Of a stretch of 64,000 nt of DNA, positions 1 to 8,430 are shown piece by piece. The stretch spans positions 20,591-84,590 of the forward strand of contig CAKZZD010000020.1 of assembly GCA_937886715.1 (NCBI GenBank). Reading direction: 5' to 3'. Position numbers and translations under genes: made by a program. The notes below the pieces were generated by a model. That model had not been told where the DNA came from and did not search any database. It worked only from the letters and a program-made list of their open reading frames with translations. The DNA comes from an uncultured Bacteroidales bacterium. Lineage in GTDB: Bacteria; Bacteroidota; Bacteroidia; Bacteroidales; P3. Position 1 is the stretch's first letter. Each line of letters opens with the position of its first letter.

Positions 1-2156
1 ACACGGTTGATGATCGAAGCGTCGGCCACCACCTGCGCGGGCGTCGAGTCGAAGATGATATAGTCATAATGGGCCCTCAGGTAGTCCACCAGCTTGTCGA
101 TCTTGTCGCTCATCAGCAGCTGCGTCGCGTTGGGCGGAGTCTTTTCGCAGACGATATAGTCCAGATGGTCTGACGTCTCGCTGTGCATGATATACTGCTC
201 CATCGGGCCGTCGTTGTCGATCAGGTAATGGATCAGACCCATCTTGTTGTGGCGGTCGATGGTCTTCGAAAGGCTGCGCTTGCGCAAGTCGAAGTCCACC
301 AGCACCGTCCGCTTGCCCACATAGGCCAGCGACAAAGCCAGGTTCAACGCCGTATAGGTCTTGCCCTCGCCGGGTGTCGTCGACACGGTCTGTATCACTT
401 TCTGTCCCTCTTTCATGAAGAACGGGATGTTGGAATGCAGCAGCCTGAATGCCTCCGTCACGGCGTCAGTGCCGCTGGCCGTCACGATGATCTCGTCGTT
501 CACTCGCGACGACGGCTTCTGCGGTATCTCGCCCAGCACAGGCAGGCTAGTCATCTTTTCCACATCCATTTTCGAGCGCAGCTTCACATCGAAGAAACGG
601 ATGCCGAAGATCACCGCGAAAGGTATCAGCAGGCCAATGATCAGCGCCACCAATCCGTACATCATCAGCCGCGGGCCGGTCAGGCTCACAATGGCGGGCT
701 CCACCACCTTGGCATTCGCCACCGCCACGGCCAGGTTCATCGCCGTCTCTTCACGCTTGCTCAACAGATACAGAAACAATTCCTCTTTGATCTTCTGCTG
801 GCGCTCCACCTCGGTCACAGCCTTGGTCTGGGTAGGCATCATCGCAATCTGGTTGCGCACATGCTGCTCCTGGTTCCGGGCCTCCTGCAGGCGTATCGTC
901 GTGGCATTGATCACATTGTTGATTGACGTGATGATGGCGCTCAGCTGATTGTTGAGCGACTGCTTCAGCTCCCTCGCCTGCGGGTTGTTCTCGCCGGCGG
1001 TGATCGTCAGCTGTTTGTATTGGTTCAGGCTCCGGTTGTAGGCGGCAATCTGGCTCTGCACGCCGGCATCGCTCGTACCCAGGTTCGCCGGTATCAGCTC
1101 CTCTTTGTTCAACGGGTCGGAAATGCTGTTCTTGATATCCCTCAAAATCGACAGCTCGGCTTCCAACTGCACCACCTGGTCGGTATATCGGGTGCTCGTC
1201 TGCTGCAGTATCGACGAGGCACTCGACAATTCAGGCAGCTGCGAGCTCTTCTTCAGCTGCTCCACCTGCGAGTCCACACTTCCCAGCTCGCCCGAGATCA
1301 GCGCTATACGCTCGGTTATGAATTTTTCCGTCTTCTGCGCCACCTTGTTCTTGTCGTCGATGGCGTCGTCGTTGTACACCGCAATCAGCGTGTCCACTAT
1401 CTGCTTGGCGCGGTCCGAATTCTCGTCCTTGTACGAGATGGCCAGGATCGACGCCATCTTGTCCACTCGCGTCACACTCAGGTTCTTCACCAGCCTGCGG
1501 GCCATCGGCAGCACCTCGCTCACGCCCATATGGAGCTTCACTCCCTGGAACTCCGACGAATAGTGCGGCGTCTTGTCCACCTTGATCAGCAGCGTGTCGT
1601 CAAGCTCGACCGGCTCGCCATATTTGGCCAACTTCTTCAGATGGAAATGCTTCGACTCCACCTGGTACGTGTCATGCGTCTTGGGGGTCACCGTCAGGTT
1701 GAGGTTCATCACGTGGCTCTCGCTCTTTTCGTACACCGAAAGCTTGACGGGAGCATTGCCGAAATAGGATATCTTCTTGAACAGGTCGCGACGCGAACAG
1801 GTGTAGTTCAGGTCCAGACGGTCGATCACCTGGCACATCAGCGCCGACGAACGCATCATATAGATCTCGTTCGCCAGCGACAGGTCGGTGTTGCCCATAT
1901 TGTTCAGGATGGCGTCCATATTCTGCGACGCCACATTCTTCTTGTCGTTGTCGCGCACCAGCACCGTGCCCGATGCCGTGTACAACTTCGGCTGGGCTTT
2001 GTACACGAAGGCCGCAATCACGAGGCATGCCACCACCGAGATGACAAACCAATACCAATTGTCAAGAACCATGAAGACGATATCGCGGATCGAAATCGTA
2101 TTCTCCGATTCGTTGCCCGACATGTTCCGGTTCTGGTTGTTGTTGCTATTCTCCAT
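1..2156 (-). CDS. wzc: Wzc-like polysaccharide co-polymerase / BY tyrosine kinase (chain-length determinant); C-terminus lies beyond the left edge
   Basis: Absent from the ORF track because it has no stop in the window. Reverse-strand translation from ATG at 2156 gives MENSNNNQNRNMSGNESENTISIRDIVFMVLDNWYWFVISVVACLVIAAF..., then a long coiled-coil middle, a second TM (LMMYGLVALIIGLLIPFAVIF), a Walker-A-like TTPGEGKTYTALNLALS and DFDLRKRS. Collinear with the paralog at 42197..44662. Confidence 0.85.
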   Translation of the reverse strand, partial: MENSNNNQNRNMSGNESENTISIRDIVFMVLDNWYWFVISVVACLVIAAFVYKAQPKLYTASGTVLVRDNDKKNVASQNMDAILNNMGNTDLSLANEIYMMRSSALMCQVIDRLDLNYTCSRRDLFKKISYFGNAPVKLSVYEKSESHVMNLNLTVTPKTHDTYQVESKHFHLKKLAKYGEPVELDDTLLIKVDKTPHYSSEFQGVKLHMGVSEVLPMARRLVKNLSVTRVDKMASILAISYKDENSDRAKQIVDTLIAVYNDDAIDDKNKVAQKTEKFITERIALISGELGSVDSQVEQLKKSSQLPELSSASSILQQTSTRYTDQVVQLEAELSILRDIKNSISDPLNKEELIPANLGTSDAGVQSQIAAYNRSLNQYKQLTITAGENNPQARELKQSLNNQLSAIITSINNVINATTIRLQEARNQEQHVRNQIAMMPTQTKAVTEVERQQKIKEELFLYLLSKREETAMNLAVAVANAKVVEPAIVSLTGPRLMMYGLVALIIGLLIPFAVIFGIRFFDVKLRSKMDVEKMTSLPVLGEIPQKPSSRVNDEIIVTASGTDAVTEAFRLLHSNIPFFMKEGQKVIQTVSTTPGEGKTYTALNLALSLAYVGKRTVLVDFDLRKRSLSKTIDRHNKMGLIHYLIDNDGPMEQYIMHSETSDHLDYIVCEKTPPNATQLLMSDKIDKLVDYLRAHYDYIIFDSTPAQVVADASIINR

Positions 2157-2186
2157 TCTTTTGGGGGGATATTTTCTGTTTGACGA

Positions 2187-3032
2187 CTAATTGTTCGCGC
2201 CGTTCAGCCTTTGGGCATAGCTGCGCGTCAGGAAATAGTAGTAGAACACACTGGCGATGGTCGACACGATCGACACTCCGCTCGAGATATACGTCAGCAG
2301 TATCGGGTCGCGGTCGGCGGTGCTCCGGCGCTTCTTGTTCGGCTCCACAAACACCACATCGTTCTGATGCAGGTAGTAGTACGGCGAATTGAACACATCC
2401 TTCGAGGTCAGGTCGATCTCGCCGATGGTGCGCATCCCGTTCTCCTCGCGGATCACCGTCACATTGTTGCGCTGTCCGTAGATGGTCAGGTCGCCCACCA
2501 TGCTGATGGCCTCGAATATGGTCAGCCGCTCGCCGCTGGCCTCGATCCTTCCGGGACGGGCCACCTCGCCCAGCACGCTCACCTTGAAATTCATCAGCTT
2601 CACCGTCACCACGGCATCCCTGATGTGGCCTTCCGATATCAGGCGCGACTGCAGCGCCGTCGCCAGCTCGGCAAACGACATCCCCTGCACATGCACCCGC
2701 CCCAGCACCGGGAAGATGATGTCGCCTTCCGGGCTCACCAGATAGCCCGTCACCATCGACGCGTTAGGGTTCAGCACCACGCCGTCGACGGTGGCAATCT
2801 TGTTCGTCTCCTCGTTGAAAAGCGCCGTCGCGGCCGGCGACTGGCTTCCCACGTAGATATACAACAAGTCGTTCGGCTGTATGCCATTCGACACCTGGCC
2901 CTTGACAGCCATCGCCGAATCTCTCGGCGCATCCTTCACATAAGTCAACTCAGTGGGTGTGCTGCACGACGCAAACATCACCGCAACTCCCACAAAAATC
3001 GCTGATGCTACTTTGAAAAAAACACTCTTCAT
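2187..3032 (-). CDS. wza: Wza-like polysaccharide export outer-membrane lipoprotein
   Basis: ORF 2187..3104. The probable start is MKSVFFKVASAIFVGVAVMFASC (lipobox) at 3032. Motifs PNDLLYIYV, GDIIFPVLGRVHVQGMSFAEL and GEVARPG are present. Paralog of 41388..42179. Confidence 0.85.
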   Translation of the reverse strand: MKSVFFKVASAIFVGVAVMFASCSTPTELTYVKDAPRDSAMAVKGQVSNGIQPNDLLYIYVGSQSPAATALFNEETNKIATVDGVVLNPNASMVTGYLVSPEGDIIFPVLGRVHVQGMSFAELATALQSRLISEGHIRDAVVTVKLMNFKVSVLGEVARPGRIEASGERLTIFEAISMVGDLTIYGQRNNVTVIREENGMRTIGEIDLTSKDVFNSPYYYLHQNDVVFVEPNKKRRSTADRDPILLTYISSGVSIVSTIASVFYYYFLTRSYAQRLNGANN

Positions 3033-3091
3033 TATTATAAAATATTCATTGACAATCGCTTTACATATCATTGCCCAAAAAACGGACACCG

Positions 3092-3099
3092 CAAAGATA
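3092..3099 (-). promoter_or_regulatory. Candidate Bacteroides-type -7 box (TAtcTTTG) for wza-wzc
   Basis: The reverse complement of caaagata is tatctttg, matching TAnnTTTG about 60 nt upstream of the wza ATG. No clean TTTG -33 element was seen. Confidence 0.3.
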
Positions 3100-3188
3100 C
3101 ACACTTTTTTTTAATAAAAACATAAAAATAATTAATGCCACATCGCCCTCCCTGCCGCACCATCCCCTCCCCATGGCCGGTCGATGTA

Positions 3189-3245
3189 CGTCTGTTGTAC
3201 GACTGTTGTACGAAAAAAGTTCGTACAACAGTCGTACAACAGACG
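3189..3245. repeat. Perfect 26-bp inverted repeat (5-nt loop) built from 11-bp direct repeats
   Basis: The sequence is cgtctgttgtacgactgttgtacgaa-aaaag-ttcgtacaacagtcgtacaacagacg. It lies in the divergent intergenic region between wza (3032) and the P-loop gene (3371). Confidence 0.9.
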
Positions 3246-3370
3246 CTCAACAGACGCCCACACCACGCACAGCCCTCCTTCCGAAACCGCTCACTATCAA
3301 CCCCCTCGACGCACATCTTCATTTCCGGCTTCCGCAGTCCGCAAATTTGTCGTACCTTTGCATCCCGAAT

Positions 3371-4378
3371 ATGCCATTTGTCAATCAGATACTTCAGCAC
3401 CGGAGCCTCTCTATCGTGGGCCTCGAAAAGAACACCGGCAAGACGGTCTGCCTCAACTATATCCTCCGCCGTCTCAACGAATTGGGTGTTCCCGTCGGCG
3501 TCACATCCATCGGTGTCGACGGCGAACAGATCGACAGCGTCTTCGCCACAGCCAAGCCTGAAGTGACCATCTACGAAGGGTCGCGTTTCATCACCTCCGA
3601 GCAGCACTACATCAAGCGCCAGGCCGTGTCGGAAATCGAGCACGTCGACAGCCGCCGCACCGCCCTCGGACCGCTGGTGACAGCCCGCGTGCTCATCCGC
3701 GGCAAAGTGCTCCTCAGCGGTGCCGCCACCACAGCCTCCCTGCGCGGCCAGATCGAACGCCTGCAATCCATAGGGTGCCGACTGGCCATCGTCGACGGCG
3801 CCCTGTCGAGGCTCAGCCTCGCATCGCCCACCGTGACCGACTGCATGGTGCTGGCCACCGGCGCCGCCGTGTCGGCCAACCTCAAGCAGCTCGTGGCCAA
3901 AACGCGCTTCGTGCACCACCTCATCTGCCTCGACGAAGTGGCCCCCGCCCTCCGCGACACCCTCAACCCCATCGCCGGAGGCCTCTGGGCCATCGACGAC
4001 GACGGCCAGCCACACGACCTCGGCATCGCCTCCGTCTTCCTCATCGGCAACGCCGGCAACGACCTCCTGCGCTTCGGCCACACCCTGTTCGCCTCCGGCG
4101 CCGTCAGCGATCGCCTCCTCAAAGCCCTCGCCCCTCTCGCCAACGACATCACCCTCGTGGCGCGCGACTTCACCAAGCTCTTCCTCACTCCCGAAGCCTA
4201 CAACGACTTCACACACCGCGGCAACCGGCTGCTCGTCCTGCAGCGCTCACGCTTGGTAGCCGTCACCCTCAACCCCACCTCTCCCCAAGGCTTCCTCCTC
4301 GACAGCCGCAACGCCTGCGACGCCCTCAGCGACGCCCTACAGACTCCTGTCTACGACATAATGAAAATCACACAATGA
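3371..4378 (+). CDS. Uncharacterised P-loop (MobB-like Walker A) protein, upstream partner of the MutS-domain ATPase
   Basis: Frame of ORF 3071..4378. The sensible start is MPFVNQILQHRSLSIVGLEKNTGKTVCLNYIL (GxxxxGKT) at 3371. The stop overlaps the next start (ATGA at 4375-4378). Confidence 0.6.
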   Translation: MPFVNQILQHRSLSIVGLEKNTGKTVCLNYILRRLNELGVPVGVTSIGVDGEQIDSVFATAKPEVTIYEGSRFITSEQHYIKRQAVSEIEHVDSRRTALGPLVTARVLIRGKVLLSGAATTASLRGQIERLQSIGCRLAIVDGALSRLSLASPTVTDCMVLATGAAVSANLKQLVAKTRFVHHLICLDEVAPALRDTLNPIAGGLWAIDDDGQPHDLGIASVFLIGNAGNDLLRFGHTLFASGAVSDRLLKALAPLANDITLVARDFTKLFLTPEAYNDFTHRGNRLLVLQRSRLVAVTLNPTSPQGFLLDSRNACDALSDALQTPVYDIMKITQ

Positions 4379-5763
4379 AAATAAAAGACCTCATCAAACA
4401 AGACGCCGGCCTGCAATACGCCGTCGACAGCCTCGAACTGATGTCTGCCGCCGGCCGCCGCGCTTTGCTCGACACCGAGTTCAGCACCGACGCCCATTGG
4501 CTTGAAGCCGAATGGCAACGCCTCGACAGGGCCATCCAGACCACCCTCACTTTCAAATTCAAAAAGCCCTACATCGACCTCCGCCACTGCCTGATGCAGC
4601 TCCACGACCTGCGCTCCACCCTCGCCTCGCTGGCCAGCCACACGCCCCTCAACGAGGTGGAACTCTTCGAGGTGAAAAACCTGGCCCACCTCAACCGCAT
4701 CGCCACTGGCGCCATCAGCGGACTGGGCATCTCCGACATTCTCCCCCTGCCGGCAACCGACGATGTCTTCTCCCTGCTCGACCCCGACCACACAGGCATC
4801 CCCAATTTCTATATCTACGACAGCCTCGACCCGCGTCTGACCCCGCTGCGTCGCAAACTCGGAGGCCTCCAGACCTCCGGCGGCGACCCGGCACGCATCG
4901 CCGCGCTGCTGGCCGAACAGAACGAAATCCAAGGCCAAGTGTGTCTCCGCCTCTCCGACCAGCTGTCGCCATGGGCCCCCACCCTGACCGCCGCACTCGA
5001 CCAGCTGGCCTATGCCGACCTCCTGCTGGCCAAGGCCCAGCTCGCCATCGACTGGCACCTCTCCCGACCCACCCTCGGCAATCATATCGCCTTCACAGGC
5101 CTGGTCAACCCGCGCCTCAAACACCGCAACGAGGCCGCCCATCTACGCTACCAGCCGGTCGACATCACCGTCACCTCGGGCGTCACCCTCATCACCGGCG
5201 CCAACATGGCCGGCAAAACGGTGTTGCTGAAAAGCTTGGGCACCGCCCAAACCATGGTGCAATGCGGCTTCTTCGCTCCTGCCGACGAGGCCGTCACCAT
5301 CCTCTTCGACGGCGTCACCTCCTCCATCGGCGACGACCAGGACGAAATGAACGGCCTCAGCAGCTATGCCGCCGAAATCATCAAAATCAGCGATATCGTC
5401 CGCCGCTGCCGCGACCAGCGCCTGCTGGTGCTCATCGACGAACCCGCACGCACCACCAACCCCGTCGAAGGCAAGGCCATCGTCCAGGCCCTCATCAGGC
5501 TCATGCAGCAGTCCGATTCCGCCACCCTCATCACCACACACTACGGCCAGCTCGGCGCCAACTGCCGCCGGCTACGGGTGCGCGGCTTCGTCGAGGACAT
5601 GGCCGACATTCCGCTCACCCCGCGCAACATCAACCTCTTCATCGACTACTCGCTCACCGAAGACCTCTCCGGCGAGGTCCCGCACGAGGCTCTGCGCATC
5701 GCCGACATCCTCGGATGCGACAGCCAGCTGATCGACACCGCACGGCAATATATTGAAAAATAG
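4375..5763 (+). CDS. MutS-related ATPase (MutS domain III/V only; no mismatch-binding or Smr domain)
   Basis: Frame of ORF 3775..5763. The first 200 aa of that ORF are Pro/Arg-rich read-through of the upstream gene. The real start is MKIKDLIKQDAGLQY at 4375. Motifs GANMAGKTVLLKSLG (Walker A), SSYAAEI, LVLIDEPARTTNP (Walker B) and TTHY are present. Confidence 0.8.
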   Translation: MKIKDLIKQDAGLQYAVDSLELMSAAGRRALLDTEFSTDAHWLEAEWQRLDRAIQTTLTFKFKKPYIDLRHCLMQLHDLRSTLASLASHTPLNEVELFEVKNLAHLNRIATGAISGLGISDILPLPATDDVFSLLDPDHTGIPNFYIYDSLDPRLTPLRRKLGGLQTSGGDPARIAALLAEQNEIQGQVCLRLSDQLSPWAPTLTAALDQLAYADLLLAKAQLAIDWHLSRPTLGNHIAFTGLVNPRLKHRNEAAHLRYQPVDITVTSGVTLITGANMAGKTVLLKSLGTAQTMVQCGFFAPADEAVTILFDGVTSSIGDDQDEMNGLSSYAAEIIKISDIVRRCRDQRLLVLIDEPARTTNPVEGKAIVQALIRLMQQSDSATLITTHYGQLGANCRRLRVRGFVEDMADIPLTPRNINLFIDYSLTEDLSGEVPHEALRIADILGCDSQLIDTARQYIEK

Positions 5764-5792
5764 CATCCTACGACAGCCACAATACAAAAAAT

Positions 5793-5822
5793 GGAGACGC
5801 CTGTCGGCATCTCCCTTTTTTC
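5793..5822 (+). terminator. Rho-independent terminator after the MutS-like gene
   Basis: The stem ggagacgcc-tgtc-ggcatctcc is followed by cttttttt. Confidence 0.6.
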
Positions 5823-5824
5823 TG

Positions 5825-5912
5825 CGGAAAGGAGGGGATTCGAACCCCTGAAGCGCTGTTAACGCTTACTCGCTTTCCAGGCGGGCCTCTTCAACCACTC
5901 GAGCACCTTTCC
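5825..5912 (-). tRNA. tRNA-Ser (anticodon GGA)
   Basis: The reverse complement is GGAAAGGTGCTCGAGTGGTTGAAGAGGCCCGCCTGGAAAGCGAGTAAGCGTTAACAGCGCTTCAGGGGTTCGAATCCCCTCCTTTCCG. It has a 7-bp acceptor stem, the anticodon loop CTGGAAA, a long variable arm and a GGTTCGAATCC T-loop. CCA is not encoded. Confidence 0.9.
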
Positions 5913-5990
5913 AATAGATTTTCTTGACCGGTTGATTTGTCAAAATCGGCTGCAAAAGTACTACTTTTTTTTCATATGACAAAAAAAATG

Positions 5991-5998
5991 TAATTTTG
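5991..5998 (+). promoter_or_regulatory. Candidate -7 box (TAatTTTG) for the peptidase gene
   Basis: taattttg lies 44 nt upstream of the ATG at 6042. It is flanked by the 9-bp inverted repeat atgacaaaa (5975-5983) / ttttgtcat (6001-6009). Confidence 0.45.
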
Positions 5999-6041
5999 CA
6001 TTTTGTCATCACCCCGACGGAATTATTAAAACCCATTCATA

Positions 6042-7679
6042 ATGAAGAAATTATTCACTTGCATCATGGCTATTTCTATCCTAGCCGCAGTAGGCTGCAA
6101 CAACAAGAAAGCAGTTGAAGAAAAATCCGAAATCCAGCAAAAAGTGGACGAGTACGCCGAGTTCACCCTCACCTCCGACCTCATCCAGAACCTCTCCGCC
6201 AACGAGAAGGAGCTCCTCAAGGTCTTCATCCAGATCGGCGAAGTGATGGACGACATCTATTGGGATGAGTACTTCGGCAACGAAAACCGCCGCAACCTCG
6301 ACACCCTCACCGACCCCGCCATCCGCGCCTTCGCCGAAATCCAATACGGCGCTTGGGACCGCCTCGACAGCGAGAAGCCCTTCATCCCCGGCTTCGGCGA
6401 ACGTCCCCTCGGTGCCAACTTCTACCCCACCGACATGACCAAGGAAGAGTACGACGCCCTTCAGGATCCCCTCAAGGAAAGCCAGTACAGCGTCATCCGC
6501 CGCAACGCCGAAGGTGCCCTTGAAGTGCTCCCCTACCATGTCGCCTTCGCCGACCAGATGGCCAAAGTCGACTCCCTCATGGGCAAAGCCATCGAACTCG
6601 CCGAGAACCCCGGCCTGAAGAAATACCTTGAGGCCCGCCGTGAAGCCTTCCGCACCGACGACTACTACAACAGCGACATGGTCTGGATGGACATGAAAGA
6701 CAGCAAGCTCGACTTCGTCGTCGGACCCATCGAGAACTACGACGACGCCCTCAACGGCCTCAAATGCTCCCACGAAGCCTTCGTCCTCGTCAAGGATGAA
6801 CAATGGAGCAACGACCTCAGCAAGTTCGCCGCCATGCTGCCCGAGATGCAGAAACTCCTGCCCTGCGACCCCAAATATAAGAAAGAAGTCCCCGGCACCG
6901 ACTGCGACATCAACGTCTACGACGTCGTCTACTACGCTGGCGACTGCAACGCCGGTTCCAAAACCATCGCCATCAACCTCCCCAACGACGAACGCGTCCA
7001 GCTCGCCAAAGGCAGCCGCCGCCTGCAGCTGAAAAACGCCATGCGCGCCAAATACGACAACATCATGGTGCCTATCGCCAACCTCATCATCTGCCCCGAG
7101 CAGGTCGACAGCGTGACCTTCAACGCCTTCTTCGGCAACACCTGCTACCACGAGGTGGCCCACGGCCTGGGCATCAAGAACACCGTCACCGGTCGCGGCC
7201 CCTGCCGCCAGGCCCTCGGCGCCGAATATAGCGCCTGGGAGGAAGCCAAAGCCGACGTCTGCGGCCTCTTCCTCACCGAACAGCTCATCCAGCGCGGCGA
7301 AATCACCAACACCACCGTCGCCCAGAACTACATCACCTTCATTGCCGGCCTGCTCCGCTCCGTCCGCTTCGGCGCCACCGAGGCCCACGGCCGCGCCAAC
7401 ATCATGTGCTACAACTACTTTAAAGAGCACGGCGCCTTCACCCGCAACGCCGACGGCAAATATGTCATCAACGTCGACAAAGCCCGCGAAGCAGCCCGCG
7501 GCTGGGCAGCCATCATCATCGCCATGGAGGGCGAGGGCGACATGGCCGCAGCCAAAGCCTACAGCGACAAAAACGGCAAAATCGGCACCGAACTTCAGGC
7601 CGACCTCGACAAAATCCGAGACGCCAACATCCCGCGCGACATCCGCTACAACCAGGGCGTAAAAGCCCTCGGCCTGTAA
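6042..7679 (+). CDS. Lipoprotein, DPP-III-like (M49-related) zinc metallohydrolase
   Basis: It has a signal peptide with a lipobox (ILAAVGC). HEVAHGLG plus a downstream EEAKADV resembles the M49 / NUDT3 C-terminal-type zinc site. Confidence 0.6.
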   Translation: MKKLFTCIMAISILAAVGCNNKKAVEEKSEIQQKVDEYAEFTLTSDLIQNLSANEKELLKVFIQIGEVMDDIYWDEYFGNENRRNLDTLTDPAIRAFAEIQYGAWDRLDSEKPFIPGFGERPLGANFYPTDMTKEEYDALQDPLKESQYSVIRRNAEGALEVLPYHVAFADQMAKVDSLMGKAIELAENPGLKKYLEARREAFRTDDYYNSDMVWMDMKDSKLDFVVGPIENYDDALNGLKCSHEAFVLVKDEQWSNDLSKFAAMLPEMQKLLPCDPKYKKEVPGTDCDINVYDVVYYAGDCNAGSKTIAINLPNDERVQLAKGSRRLQLKNAMRAKYDNIMVPIANLIICPEQVDSVTFNAFFGNTCYHEVAHGLGIKNTVTGRGPCRQALGAEYSAWEEAKADVCGLFLTEQLIQRGEITNTTVAQNYITFIAGLLRSVRFGATEAHGRANIMCYNYFKEHGAFTRNADGKYVINVDKAREAARGWAAIIIAMEGEGDMAAAKAYSDKNGKIGTELQADLDKIRDANIPRDIRYNQGVKALGL

Positions 7680-7703
7680 TCCGGCACACTTTACATCACC
7701 CCC

Positions 7704-7754
7704 TCAAGGGCGGTCGGCACAAACGTCGGCCGCCCTTGATTTTAACATTTTTTC
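7704..7754 (+). terminator. Rho-independent terminator after the peptidase gene
   Basis: The 10-bp GC-rich stem tcaagggcgg...ccgcccttga is followed by ttttaacatttttt. Confidence 0.6.
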
Positions 7755-7875
7755 CAGCCATTCAAAATGGACCAATTTGGTTAATTTTAACATTTATTGA
7801 TTTTTTAACATTTATATAAACTTCTGATTCATAGCAATATTAATGAATCAGCAAAAATAAAATGCAAAAAAAAAA

Positions 7876-7905
7876 TTTGTATATCGAATTTATTCCTTAC
7901 ATTTG
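7876..7905 (+). promoter_or_regulatory. Candidate distal Bacteroides promoter (TTTG-N18-TAcaTTTG)
   Basis: tttg at 7876-7879 and tacatttg at 7898-7905. This promoter would give a leader of about 900 nt before upxY. Confidence 0.35.
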
Positions 7906-8386
7906 CCGCGGATTTCGGAAAACACCGGCCGACAAAAACGGCACAGATCTCCAATAATCCAAGCGCCCAATTGGCCGTACCGCCTCCAAAACGGCACCAC
8001 CCGGAAAAGCGCACAACACAGCCAACTGCCATCTGACTGCAACCCACTTCAACCAGCAGCACCCATCGTCAAAAAAAGAGCCGCTAAAGGATGACCTTGA
8101 CAAAAATAACGCCACCACAATAAGCAACCGAGAGCAATAGGAAAGCTGATATCCGCCATTCAGAACAAGGGGTAATCAAATCCACAATTCTAACGACAAT
8201 CATATCTATCACCCCCTGTCGAATGAAGGTTCTTCCTTAGGACTTCAGCCGCAGCCATCGGTTGCTTTTCTTATTTTGTTGTAAAACAACGTCTTCAGTC
8301 ACTCCCCTCCCACAATCCATTCTCCAATTCTTTCCCCCATTTTCATAACCCTCTCCAACCCCGCTCCAACCTCTCGCCTCTTTCCC

Positions 8387-8430
8387 TCGGTGATCCTTCG
8401 GTGATCCTTCGGTGATCCTATACTGATCCT
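8387..8430. repeat. 11-bp tandem repeat tcggtgatcct x3 plus one degenerate unit
   Basis: The sequence is tcggtgatcct tcggtgatcct tcggtgatcct atactgatcct, read directly. Confidence 0.9.

Noticed and set aside
183-2183. Long + strand ORFs (183..926, 361..948, 1020..2183, 1105..1563)
   Set aside because: They are Arg/His/Leu-rich low-complexity translations antisense to a clearly recognisable Wzc-like gene on the minus strand. These are typical shadow ORFs of GC-rich DNA.
3068-4216. 382-aa minus-strand ORF and several + strand ORFs at 3135-3566
   Set aside because: They are Gly/Ala/Glu-rich or Pro/Arg-rich with no motifs. They overlap the P-loop gene or the intergenic palindrome, so they are shadow ORFs.
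3775-4374. N-terminal 200 aa of ORF 3775..5763, and ORF 4512..5756
   Set aside because: This Pro/Arg/His-rich sequence is an out-of-frame reading of the upstream gene. The MutS-like protein starts at 4375, where family-like sequence and the ATGA coupling begin.
6081-7430. 449-aa minus-strand ORF
   Set aside because: It is antisense to the zinc-hydrolase gene, with a Gly/Val/Ala/Asp-rich composition and no motifs.
8387-8430. CRISPR array check (also 27133-27189, 62286-62376 and the 30-mer repeats)
   Set aside because: The repeats are tandem with no spacers, or are only 3-4 dispersed copies in inverted orientation. No cas genes are present. Nothing in the window has repeat-spacer architecture.
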